Shown here piece after piece: positions 17,124-25,052 of a stretch of DNA of 25,052 nucleotides (positions are counted from its first letter, which is position 1; each line of letters opens with the position of its first letter). The stretch spans positions 1 through 25,052 of the IMG/VR virus record IMGVR_UViG_3300017722_002131, one strand, 5' to 3'. The notes below the pieces were generated by a model that was not told where the DNA came from, made no database searches, and saw nothing but the letters and a program-made list of their open reading frames with translations. The DNA is from a virus. Taxonomy: Duplodnaviria > Caudoviricetes. A program made the position numbers and the translations under genes.

Positions 17124-19078
17124 TTTCTTGTAAATAACCCGTTATTTTTTAAATCTTGTGTAGATGCAAATCTTTCTTCTATTAAATTTCCTGATGTTTT
17201 ATCATATATTTTAAATATAATATTATATGTTTTATTTAAATCTAAAGATAATATTCTATAAAATTCAATCTTATTTTCTACTTCAAACCATTCTTGATCA
17301 ACTAAAACATCTTCATCATAAGTAAACATTTCAATTTTTTTACTATCATAACTGTTAGATATTTTAACATAAATTACAAATTCATTTTCGTTTTGTGTAG
17401 GTAAAACAGTATAATATTCTACTCTTGAATAGTCTTTATGGTCAAATTTATTTCTAGCTACATCTTCATGTACCCAATGAATATTATTAAAATCTTTAAA
17501 TTTACCATAAATTAGGTTTTCTAAACTATTAGATTCAGAACCAAATTTATATTGTAAATCATCATATTGTTTACTGTTTTCTATAAAAGGTAAATTATTA
17601 GTTAAAAACTCGGGTTTGATAGCTAAAAACCAAGTCATTAATTGATTACCTTCACTAGCTACATTTTTTAAACAATAAGCAGGTTTTTTATTTAATATTT
17701 CGGATATTGAATCAATATAAGAAACATCATTTAATATGTAATCATAATTTACATAAAATAATTTTTTAATACCTATGTGCTGTGCTAAAGATGCTGCATT
17801 ATAATAATTTGTATAAACTGTAGGACCATGATATACGTCATTATCATTACCTCTTAAATTGATATGTACATCGTAATTATCAAAATAAGCACGATAAGTA
17901 TCATAAAAACTATGTTTAGTTAAAATGTTATTTTTGTCATAAACACAGTAATCAACTAACTCTTGTAATTCTGTTGGAACAGGAACATGAGATGTTAAAA
18001 TTATTTTTCGCCCAGTTTCTTTTAATGCTAAAATACATTCTTTTGTAGTTTCAACAATACTACTTAAAACAGGATATGTTGATACAACAAATGCTTCTTC
18101 GGAAATATCAATTATAGATTTTTGTTGTAAAATTGAATCTATAATTCTACAATTTCCTTTAAAATCATCAAATTCTATATAAGATACATTTTTAAACGTA
18201 TCAAAGTAATTTAAATATACTGGAAGGTTGTAAATTAATACCGGTAAATTCCATGAAATAGCTTCTCGAATTACTAAAGGCATTGTTTCTTTATCATTTT
18301 CATTTCCTCTAGAGGTAAATAAAAACAAATCCATTGCCTTATAAAAATTATCTACATCACGTCTTTCATTCCACCAAGTTATATTACTTGGTTTATTTTC
18401 CATTAAAGGTTTCCAGTAATGTTGGAAATTTTCTGCTTGATTACCTACACAATGAAATTGATATTCAGGTAATGACCTAGCATATTCAAAAAATTCTGCT
18501 TGGTTTTTTCTTGGTGTAAATAAACCAACATGCAGTACGTGTTTTTTATTAGGATCTAATCCTAAAGATTGTAGTGCTGTAGTTCTATCAGGGCGTTCCT
18601 TATATTCAATAGGATATTCAACTAACACAGCAGGAATATCAATATTTTTATATTGTTGTATCTGCCAATTAGATACAAACATAAACTTATCAGGAAAAAA
18701 TTGTTTGTTTTCTGTATTATAAGATGAATCGTGTGATGTTTCTACTATGATATATTTTCTATCAGGATTATAAATTTGTTTTGCAACATCATAATCCATA
18801 AAAAACTCAGGGATTTCCTCTAAATGAACAATATCCGGTTGAACCCTGTTAATAATATTAACTATTTCATGTTTATCTTCGTATAGAGTAAAGAATTTGT
18901 TGGGATTTAACAGGTTGCGTATTTTATCTCTTTGAACCACTAATATACCACCAGTACAGTCTACCCATTCTACTAAATAGACATCAAAATCATTTTTTAA
19001 TAATTCTATTTTTTTGGTTAAGTATTGAGGTAAACCACCTGTTGATAAATGGGGTGCAACAAATAACAATTTTTTCAT
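17120..19078 (-). CDS. Two-domain glycosyltransferase: N-terminal GT4 plus C-terminal putative GT-A-like domain, 652 aa
   Basis: PHLSTGGLPQY, HVGLFTPRKNQ and ETMPLVIREA (Ex7E) in the first ~320 aa. Second domain has VVSTYP...IILTSH...YDKNN...HG...FYVNYDYIL. Confidence 0.8.
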   Translation of the reverse strand: MKKLLFVAPHLSTGGLPQYLTKKIELLKNDFDVYLVEWVDCTGGILVVQRDKIRNLLNPNKFFTLYEDKHEIVNIINRVQPDIVHLEEIPEFFMDYDVAKQIYNPDRKYIIVETSHDSSYNTENKQFFPDKFMFVSNWQIQQYKNIDIPAVLVEYPIEYKERPDRTTALQSLGLDPNKKHVLHVGLFTPRKNQAEFFEYARSLPEYQFHCVGNQAENFQHYWKPLMENKPSNITWWNERRDVDNFYKAMDLFLFTSRGNENDKETMPLVIREAISWNLPVLIYNLPVYLNYFDTFKNVSYIEFDDFKGNCRIIDSILQQKSIIDISEEAFVVSTYPVLSSIVETTKECILALKETGRKIILTSHVPVPTELQELVDYCVYDKNNILTKHSFYDTYRAYFDNYDVHINLRGNDNDVYHGPTVYTNYYNAASLAQHIGIKKLFYVNYDYILNDVSYIDSISEILNKKPAYCLKNVASEGNQLMTWFLAIKPEFLTNNLPFIENSKQYDDLQYKFGSESNSLENLIYGKFKDFNNIHWVHEDVARNKFDHKDYSRVEYYTVLPTQNENEFVIYVKISNSYDSKKIEMFTYDEDVLVDQEWFEVENKIEFYRILSLDLNKTYNIIFKIYDKTSGNLIEERFASTQDLKNNGLFTRK

Positions 19079-19092
19079 AACAGTGTTATCAA

Positions 19093-19124
19093 TAAATATA
19101 ATAACAAAGTATTAAATTACCAAA
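19093..19124 (-). promoter_or_regulatory. Bacteroidota-type -33/-7 promoter candidate for the glycosyltransferase cassette
   Basis: Coding strand TTTG (19124-19121), 20 nt spacer, TATATTTA (19100-19093). One mismatch to TTTG-N19-21-TAnnTTTG, and it overlaps the ATATTTAT core. Confidence 0.5.
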
Positions 19125-19125
19125 T

Positions 19126-19344
19126 CTATTGAGGATTTCCTACTTTACTTTGAAAATATTGTTGTAGAAATGATAATGGGTATTGATATGATTTTTTATT
19201 ATAAGGAATGGGTGCAAATGGTCCTAAAGGATTTCCTATTTTGTATGAAGTTTTAACTTCTTTTGCTTTATTAAATATTTCTAATTCTAAAGCATCGCTT
19301 GCTTGATAACCTAAAAAACTATATGTTGATATCCAATTAATCAT
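19126..19344 (-). CDS. Hypothetical protein (72 aa)
   Basis: ATG 1 nt after the upstream stop. Fills the gap between genes on the coding strand. Confidence 0.65.
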   Translation of the reverse strand: MINWISTYSFLGYQASDALELEIFNKAKEVKTSYKIGNPLGPFAPIPYNKKSYQYPLSFLQQYFQSKVGNPQ

Positions 19345-19345
19345 A

Positions 19346-20065
19346 TTAATAAATAGTTAAAACAAAATCAAATCCAGCTGTATTACCCCCATAACCTGTA
19401 GCCATATCTTGTGTACTAGAACCTGCTGAATTAAGTGTTGTTGTTACTCCACCTCCATTAACTGTTGTACCTGTATATTTTGCTGAGCCATTAATAGATA
19501 AATCAGCTGTAGCTCCTGGGAAGTTTGGGGATGATGCTATTACAATTTCCCAATACGCTCTAAAAATTAAAGGAGAAACATTTGGGGTTGCAGCATCAAG
19601 AGGTCCGTAAGTTCCACCACCATTTCCTAATGATAATACTACCCCACTACCTAGTGTTATATAAGAATAAGTACTAGTACTATCTCTTAAAGTTAAATTA
19701 ACATCTTGAACATTATACTCCACACCTGGTGGAGGGAAGGGAACATCTGCTGGTAAGTTATTATAAACTGTTAAATTACATTTATATTCTGTACTATCAT
19801 AAAAATAATCTTTAACATTTGTAGGTGATATAGAACCTGAAGAAAAAGCTCCAAACTTAAAATCACTTGAAGCAGGAGTTAAATTATATATTCTATTACC
19901 CGCTGAAGTATTACCATTTCTTCCCCAAGCATTGTAACTTATAGTATTATTACCATTAGGTCCTTCAAAATAACTTAAAGACGACATAGTAGCAAAACTA
20001 GTAGCTGACCCTGGGGTGCTACCATTTGCTTTAGAATATATGTCTCCAAAAGATACTGTTGCCAT
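19346..20065 (-). CDS. Putative fibre-tip/adhesin protein (239 aa)
   Basis: Starts 5 nt after the S74-fibre gene. N-terminal VSFGDI...FKFGAF segment followed by a Gly/Ser/Thr/aromatic beta-rich domain. Confidence 0.5.
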   Translation of the reverse strand: MATVSFGDIYSKANGSTPGSATSFATMSSLSYFEGPNGNNTISYNAWGRNGNTSAGNRIYNLTPASSDFKFGAFSSGSISPTNVKDYFYDSTEYKCNLTVYNNLPADVPFPPPGVEYNVQDVNLTLRDSTSTYSYITLGSGVVLSLGNGGGTYGPLDAATPNVSPLIFRAYWEIVIASSPNFPGATADLSINGSAKYTGTTVNGGGVTTTLNSAGSSTQDMATGYGGNTAGFDFVLTIY

Positions 20066-20070
20066 AACTA

Positions 20071-23000
20071 TTATTTTTTAAGTTCGTTTATTTGTTCTTG
20101 TAATTCTTTTATTTTGTTATTTAATTCCTTAATAGCTTCAATTAATAATCCATTCATATTACCATATGCTACTGATTTCATTCCTGTTTTATTATCAGTG
20201 TGTACTACTTCTGGTAATACTTTTTCAACTTGTTGTGCTATTACACCCGCATGTCTATGAGTATTGTCTTTATCACCATCAATTCTTACATAAGTTACAC
20301 CATCAATTTGTTCAATTCTATCAAGTGAACCTGTAATTCTTTGAACATCACCTTTTACTCTTTCATCGGAGAATGCTGTAATATCATCTGTTGCATAAAT
20401 TGATATACCACTTACTGCTCCTGATACATGCAATGGATAACTTGGTGATGCTGTTTTAACACCTACTCTTCCATTAGGAATATCAAAGTATATTAAATTA
20501 GTGCTTTGTACTAATGTAGAACTAGAAGCATATACTGCATAGAAAGGTTGGAATCCAAATGTAGCACCACTAATACCTGATGTACCGTTAAACGAAACAC
20601 CGCTTGTACCTGCTGTACCACTAGAACCTGAAGTGCCATTTCTTCCACTTGTACCGCTAGCACCGTTTTGTCCATTAGTACCACTAGTACCACTAGAACC
20701 AGATGTACCTCCTCTACCACTTGTTCCATTTACACCTGAGGTACCCATAGTACCACTAGATGCTGATGAACCTGAGGTTTGAGATAAACCTGATTGACCT
20801 GCGGCACCTGAAGTTCCTGTTGTTCCAGTAGAACCACTTGTTCCACTTACTGCACTTTGTCCATTTGCACCTGCATTTCCAGATGTACCATTTGTACCTG
20901 ATGAACCTGAAGTTGCACTTAAAGCACTTGCTCCTGCATTACCAGCAGCACCATTTGAACCTGAAGTTCCAGATGAACCTGATGTTCTGCTTAAACCACT
21001 AGCTCCTGCTGCTCCAGATGAACCAGCTGTACCTGTAGATCCTGAAGTTCCGCTTATTGCACTTTGTCCGTTTGCACCTGCTGCTCCAGATGAACCAGCT
21101 GTACCGCTTGAACCACTAGTTCCGCTTATTGCACTTACACCATTTGCACCTGCTGCTCCAGATGAACCAGCTGTACCACTAGAACCACTAGTTCCGCTTA
21201 TTGCACTTTGCCCGTTTGCACCTGGGTTACCTGATGTACCGCTAGTTCCACTTGAACCTGAAGTTGCACTTAAAGCACTTGCTCCTGCTACACCAGCTAC
21301 ACCACTTGAACCTGAAGTACCTGAGCTACCTGAAGTATTACTTAATGCGCTTGCACCTGCTACTCCTGGAGCACCATTTGTACCACTTGTTCCTGAAGAA
21401 CCTGAAGTTGAACTTAAAGCACTTGCTCCTGCATTACCATTAACACCATTTGTACCGCTTGTACCTGAACTACCTGAAGTTCTGCTTATACCTGAAGTAC
21501 CATTATTACCTGATTGTCCATTAGTACCTGATGTTCCTGTGCTACCTGAAGTGCCGCTTACTGCGCTTTGACCATTTGCGCCTGCGTTTCCGCTAGTACC
21601 TGATGTTCCTGTGCTACCTGAAGTGCCGCTTACTGCGCTTTGACCATTTGCGCCTGCAGCACCACTAGTACCTGCTGTACCACTAGAACCACTAGTTCCG
21701 CTTACTGCACTTATACCATTTGCACCTGCATTACCGCTTGTACCTGATGTACCTGTTGAACCACTAGTTCCGCTTACAGCACTTTGACCATTTGCGCCCG
21801 CAGCACCACTAGAACCACTTGTTCCTGAAGAACCAGAAGTACCATTATTACCTGATTGTCCATTAGTACCTGAAGTACCTGAACTACCGCTAGTTCTTGA
21901 TATACCGCTTGTTCCTGCTACACCTGAGGTACCCATAGTACCACTTGATGCGCTTGAACCTGAGGTTTGACTTAATCCTGATTGACCAGCAGCACCACTT
22001 GTACCATTTGTACCTGATGAACCTGAAGTACCACTTACTGCACTTTGACCATTTGCTCCAGCATTACCGCTTGTACCTGCTGTACCGCTTGAACCTGAAG
22101 TACCACTTACTGCACTTTGACCATTTGCTCCAGCATTACCGCTTGTACCGTTTGTGCCTGAAGATCCTGATGTACCACTAACGGCACTAGCTCCGTTAGC
22201 TCCAGCATTACCACTAGTACCAGCAGTTCCTGATGAACCACTAGTTCCACTAACAGCACTTGCCCCGTTTGCACCCGCAGCACCATTAGTACCGCTTGTT
22301 CCTGAAGAACCTGAAGTTGCACTTAAAGCACTTAAACCAGCAGCACCTGCTATACCTGAAGTACCACTAGTACCACTTGAACCGGATGTTGCTGATGAAC
22401 CACTTGTTCGTGAAGCACCACTAGCACCAATTGTACCTGAAGTACCTGTGCTTCCTGATGTTGCGCTTGAACCTGAGGTTCCTGAAGCACCACTTTGACC
22501 ATTTGTACCACTTGTACCTGACGAACCACTAGTACCACTTACTGCACTAGCACCGCTTGCTCCAGCAGCACCATTTGTACCTGAAGTACCTGAGGAGCCA
22601 CTTGTTGCTGAAGAACCACTAGTTTGAGATGCACCACTTAATCCAGCTGTACCACTTGTACCAGATGAACCACTTGTTGCACTTGATCCTGAAGTTCCTG
22701 AAAGACCACTTTGACCATTTGTACCTGAGGTTCCTGATGAACCTGAAGTTCTTGATATACCACTAGTTCCATCAATACCTGATTGACCATTTGTACCAGA
22801 AGTACCTGAGCTACCTGATGTTCTACTAGCACCTGAGGTTCCATTTACACCACTTGTACCCATAGTACCACTTGATGCACTTGAACCTGAAGTTGCACTT
22901 AAACCTGATTGACCTGCAGCGCCACTTGTACCTGATGTACCAGTTGAACCACTAGTTCCTGATGAACCACTAGTTTGAGATGCACCACTAGCACCTACAG

Positions 23001-25052
23001 TACCTGATGTTCCTGAACTACCAGAGGTTGCTGAACTACCACTAGTTCTAGATATACCACTTGTTCCATCTACACCACTTGTACCTGAAGTACCTGATGA
23101 TGCTGAACTACCACTTGTTCTGCTTATACCACTAGTTCCAGCATTACCTGAGGTACCATTTGTACCTGAAGAACCTGAGCTACCAGAAGTTGCGCTTGAA
23201 CCTGATGTTTGAGAAGCGCCTGATTGGCCAGAAGTACCTGATGTACCTGTACTACCACTTGTTTGAGATGAACCTGAAGTTCCTGCTACACCTGATTGTC
23301 CGTTAGTACCTGAAGTACCTGTGCTTCCTGATGTTGCACTAACACCCGAAGTACCTGCAACTCCATTAGCACCATTTGTGCCTGATGTACCTGTTGAACC
23401 AGATGTTGCACTAACTCCTGAAGTACCAGCAACTCCATTAACACCATTTGTACCTGATGTACCTGAAGATCCCGAAGTTCTACTAATTCCTGAAGTTCCA
23501 TCTATACCTGATTGTCCATTAGTACCACTAGTACCACTTGAACCTGAGGTTCTAGATATACCGCTTGTTCCTGCTACACCTGAGGTACCCATTGTACCTG
23601 AAGATGCACTTGAACCACTAGTTTGAGATAATCCTGATTGTCCAGCAGCACCTGAAGTTCCGCTTGTTCCAGTAGAACCTGAAGTTCCTGAACTACCGCT
23701 TGTTTGTGAAGCACCGCTAGCACCGATTGTACCTGAAGTACCTGTTGAACCTGAAGTTCCGCTTGAACCAGAGGTAAATGAACTACCACTTAATCCTGCT
23801 GTACCTGAAGTACCTGTTGAACCTGAAGTTCCTGAAGAACCTGAGGTAAATGAACTACCACTAGCACCTGTTGTACCACTTGTACCGCTTGAACCTGATG
23901 TTGCGCTTGAACCTGAAGTTCTGCTTATGCCTGAAGTTCCGTCTACACCTGAAGTACCACTTGTACCTGAAGATGCACTTGAACCTGATGTTCTAGATAA
24001 ACCTGAGGTTCCATTATTTCCTGAAGTACCGTTTGTACCAGAAGAACCTGAACTACCTGATGTACCACTTGAACCTGAAGTAAATGAGCTACCGCTTTGA
24101 CCTGCTGTACCTGAAGTACCTGTAGATCCTGAAGTTGCACTTGAACCGGAGGTTTGAGCTATACCGGAAGTACCTGCTACCCCTGAAGTACCTGAAGTAC
24201 CTGATGTTCCAGAACTTCCACTTGTTTGAGATGAACCGCTTGTTCCAGCTACACCTGATTGTCCATTTGTACCACTAGTACCACTTGAACCAGATGTTGC
24301 ACTTGAACCAGATGTTCTACTTATACCACTAGTACCATCAATTCCTGAAGTACCACTTGTACCTGAAGATGCTGATGAACCACTAGTTCTGCTTATGCCT
24401 GAAGTACCAGCTACCCCTGAGGTACCCATAGTACCACTTGATGCACTGCTACCTGAGGTTGCACTTAAACCTGATTGACCAGCAGCACCTGAAGTTCCAC
24501 TTGTACCAGTTGAACCACTAGTTCCGCTTGAACCACTTGTTTGTGAAGCTCCGCTTACGCCTATAGTTCCAGAAGTACCACTTGAACCTGAAGTTGCACT
24601 TGAACCTGATGTTCTTGATATACCAGAAGTTCCGTCTACACCACTTGTACCTGAAGTACCTGATGAAGCACTTGAACCTGAAGTTCTACTAATTCCTGAA
24701 GTTCCGGTATTTCCTGAAGTACCGTTTGTACCTGAGGAACCACTTGAACCACTAGTTCCTGAAGAACCTGAAGTGAATGAGCTACCACTAGCACCTGTTG
24801 TGCCTGATGTTCCAGAAGAACCTGATGTTGCACTTGAACCTGATGTTTGGCTTATACCACTTGTTCCAGCAACACCTGAAGTACCTGAAGTACCTGTTGA
24901 ACCTGATGTACCTGAAGAACCACTTGTTTGTGATGAACCAGATGTTCCAGCAATACCTGATTGTCCGTTTGTACCTGATGTACCACTTGAACCTGAAGTT
25001 GCTGATGAACCACTTGTTCTGCTAATACCACCAGTGCCATCTACTCCTGAGG
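20071..25052 (-). CDS. Giant Gly/Ser/Thr-rich collagen-like (G-X-Y) fibre protein with C-terminal peptidase S74 chaperone (partial, >=1659 aa)
   Basis: The frame stays open for 207 more codons upstream of the tracked Met at 24429, to 25050 ([16 protein letters not shown]...). That Met is an internal repeat residue, so the true start is outside the window. Confidence 0.93.
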   Translation of the reverse strand, partial: SGVDGTGGISRTSGSSATSGSSGTSGTNGQSGIAGTSGSSQTSGSSGTSGSTGTSGTSGVAGTSGISQTSGSSATSGSSGTSGTTGASGSSFTSGSSGTSGSSGSSGTNGTSGNTGTSGISRTSGSSASSGTSGTSGVDGTSGISRTSGSSATSGSSGTSGTIGVSGASQTSGSSGTSGSTGTSGTSGAAGQSGLSATSGSSASSGTMGTSGVAGTSGISRTSGSSASSGTSGTSGIDGTSGISRTSGSSATSGSSGTSGTNGQSGVAGTSGSSQTSGSSGTSGTSGTSGVAGTSGIAQTSGSSATSGSTGTSGTAGQSGSSFTSGSSGTSGSSGSSGTNGTSGNNGTSGLSRTSGSSASSGTSGTSGVDGTSGISRTSGSSATSGSSGTSGTTGASGSSFTSGSSGTSGSTGTSGTAGLSGSSFTSGSSGTSGSTGTSGTIGASGASQTSGSSGTSGSTGTSGTSGAAGQSGLSQTSGSSASSGTMGTSGVAGTSGISRTSGSSGTSGTNGQSGIDGTSGISRTSGSSGTSGTNGVNGVAGTSGVSATSGSTGTSGTNGANGVAGTSGVSATSGSTGTSGTNGQSGVAGTSGSSQTSGSTGTSGTSGQSGASQTSGSSATSGSSGSSGTNGTSGNAGTSGISRTSGSSASSGTSGTSGVDGTSGISRTSGSSATSGSSGTSGTVGASGASQTSGSSGTSGSTGTSGTSGAAGQSGLSATSGSSASSGTMGTSGVNGTSGASRTSGSSGTSGTNGQSGIDGTSGISRTSGSSGTSGTNGQSGLSGTSGSSATSGSSGTSGTAGLSGASQTSGSSATSGSSGTSGTNGAAGASGASAVSGTSGSSGTSGTNGQSGASGTSGSSATSGSTGTSGTIGASGASRTSGSSATSGSSGTSGTSGIAGAAGLSALSATSGSSGTSGTNGAAGANGASAVSGTSGSSGTAGTSGNAGANGASAVSGTSGSSGTNGTSGNAGANGQSAVSGTSGSSGTAGTSGNAGANGQSAVSGTSGSSGTNGTSGAAGQSGLSQTSGSSASSGTMGTSGVAGTSGISRTSGSSGTSGTNGQSGNNGTSGSSGTSGSSGAAGANGQSAVSGTSGSTGTSGTSGNAGANGISAVSGTSGSSGTAGTSGAAGANGQSAVSGTSGSTGTSGTSGNAGANGQSAVSGTSGSTGTSGTNGQSGNNGTSGISRTSGSSGTSGTNGVNGNAGASALSSTSGSSGTSGTNGAPGVAGASALSNTSGSSGTSGSSGVAGVAGASALSATSGSSGTSGTSGNPGANGQSAISGTSGSSGTAGSSGAAGANGVSAISGTSGSSGTAGSSGAAGANGQSAISGTSGSTGTAGSSGAAGASGLSRTSGSSGTSGSNGAAGNAGASALSATSGSSGTNGTSGNAGANGQSAVSGTSGSTGTTGTSGAAGQSGLSQTSGSSASSGTMGTSGVNGTSGRGGTSGSSGTSGTNGQNGASGTSGRNGTSGSSGTAGTSGVSFNGTSGISGATFGFQPFYAVYASSSTLVQSTNLIYFDIPNGRVGVKTASPSYPLHVSGAVSGISIYATDDITAFSDERVKGDVQRITGSLDRIEQIDGVTYVRIDGDKDNTHRHAGVIAQQVEKVLPEVVHTDNKTGMKSVAYGNMNGLLIEAIKELNNKIKELQEQINELKK
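20074..20370 (-). other. Peptidase S74 intramolecular chaperone (autocleaving trimerisation) domain
   Basis: SDERVK cleavage motif (20370-20353), [32 protein letters not shown], and a terminal coiled coil. Confidence 0.92.
20560..25052 (-). repeat. Coding 9-bp (tripeptide) tandem repeat with 72-bp and 0.7-1.2-kb higher-order units
   Basis: About 500 triplets dominated by GTS/GSS. Exact 72-bp-period duplications at 21522-21585/21594-21657 and 22019-22077/22091-22149. Confidence 0.95.

Larger units (their letters stand above)
1..25052 (-). mobile_element. Segment of a contractile-tailed bacteriophage genome (tail/baseplate morphogenesis region plus glycosyltransferase cassette)
   Basis: Co-oriented sheath, tube, chaperones, tape measure, LysM, hub and S74-fibre genes. 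No host housekeeping genes, integrase or att site visible. Confidence 0.95.

Noticed and set aside
14981-19078. Glycosyltransferases as DNA-modifying (T4 agt/bgt-like) or LPS-converting enzymes
   Set aside because: Not excluded for the GT4s, but disfavoured. No base-modification or membrane/GtrAB-type genes are adjacent, the third enzyme belongs to a protein-targeting family, and the context is structural.
1215-20071. Stop-codon reassignment as seen in some large phages
   Set aside because: Genes are full length in the standard code, and TAA, TAG (10557, 19126) and TGA (1215, 10807, 14981) all fall at sensible gene ends.
24427-24429. Tracked start codon of the 1452-aa ORF
   Set aside because: The frame is open upstream to the window edge, and this Met is one of five equivalent repeat-internal GTM triplets.
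20511-25040. Many short V/Q/L-rich, H/L-rich or P/V/E-rich ORFs in alternative frames
   Set aside because: Frame-shifted or antisense readings of the 9-bp coding repeat.
20560-25052. CRISPR array or diversity-generating retroelement repeats
   Set aside because: No constant repeat with unique spacers. Variation is synonymous and triplet-phased, with no adenine-specific TR/VR pair and no reverse transcriptase in view.

Overview
AT-rich fragment of a large contractile-tailed (myovirus-like) dsDNA phage. All credible genes are on the minus strand. In transcription order (right to left) it encodes: (1) a giant, 5'-truncated (>=1659 aa) Gly/Ser/Thr-rich G-X-Y fibre ending in a peptidase-S74 intramolecular chaperone; (2) a probable fibre-tip protein and a small ORF; (3) a tightly coupled three-gene glycosyltransferase cassette, comprising a two-domain GT4 fusion, a GT4, and a full-length TibC/Aah-like iron-finger protein O-heptosyltransferase homologue; (4) a fibre-like virion protein, tail sheath and tail tube; (5) a T4 gp26/gp51-like chaperone pair overlapping at a U7 slippery site; (6) tape measure, tube-initiator, LysM and hub baseplate proteins; (7) a 3'-truncated, compact, non-canonical family-A polymerase that the ORF track misses. 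The lack of Shine-Dalgarno motifs and a TTTG-N20-TAnnTTT promoter suggest a Bacteroidota host (inference). The main candidate novel system is phage-encoded protein O-glycosylation of the virion, with the almost proline-free, Ser/Thr-rich collagen-like fibre and [ST]-[GA]-S motifs in the sheath as likely acceptors. Family assignments rest on motif recognition from memory; no database searches were run.
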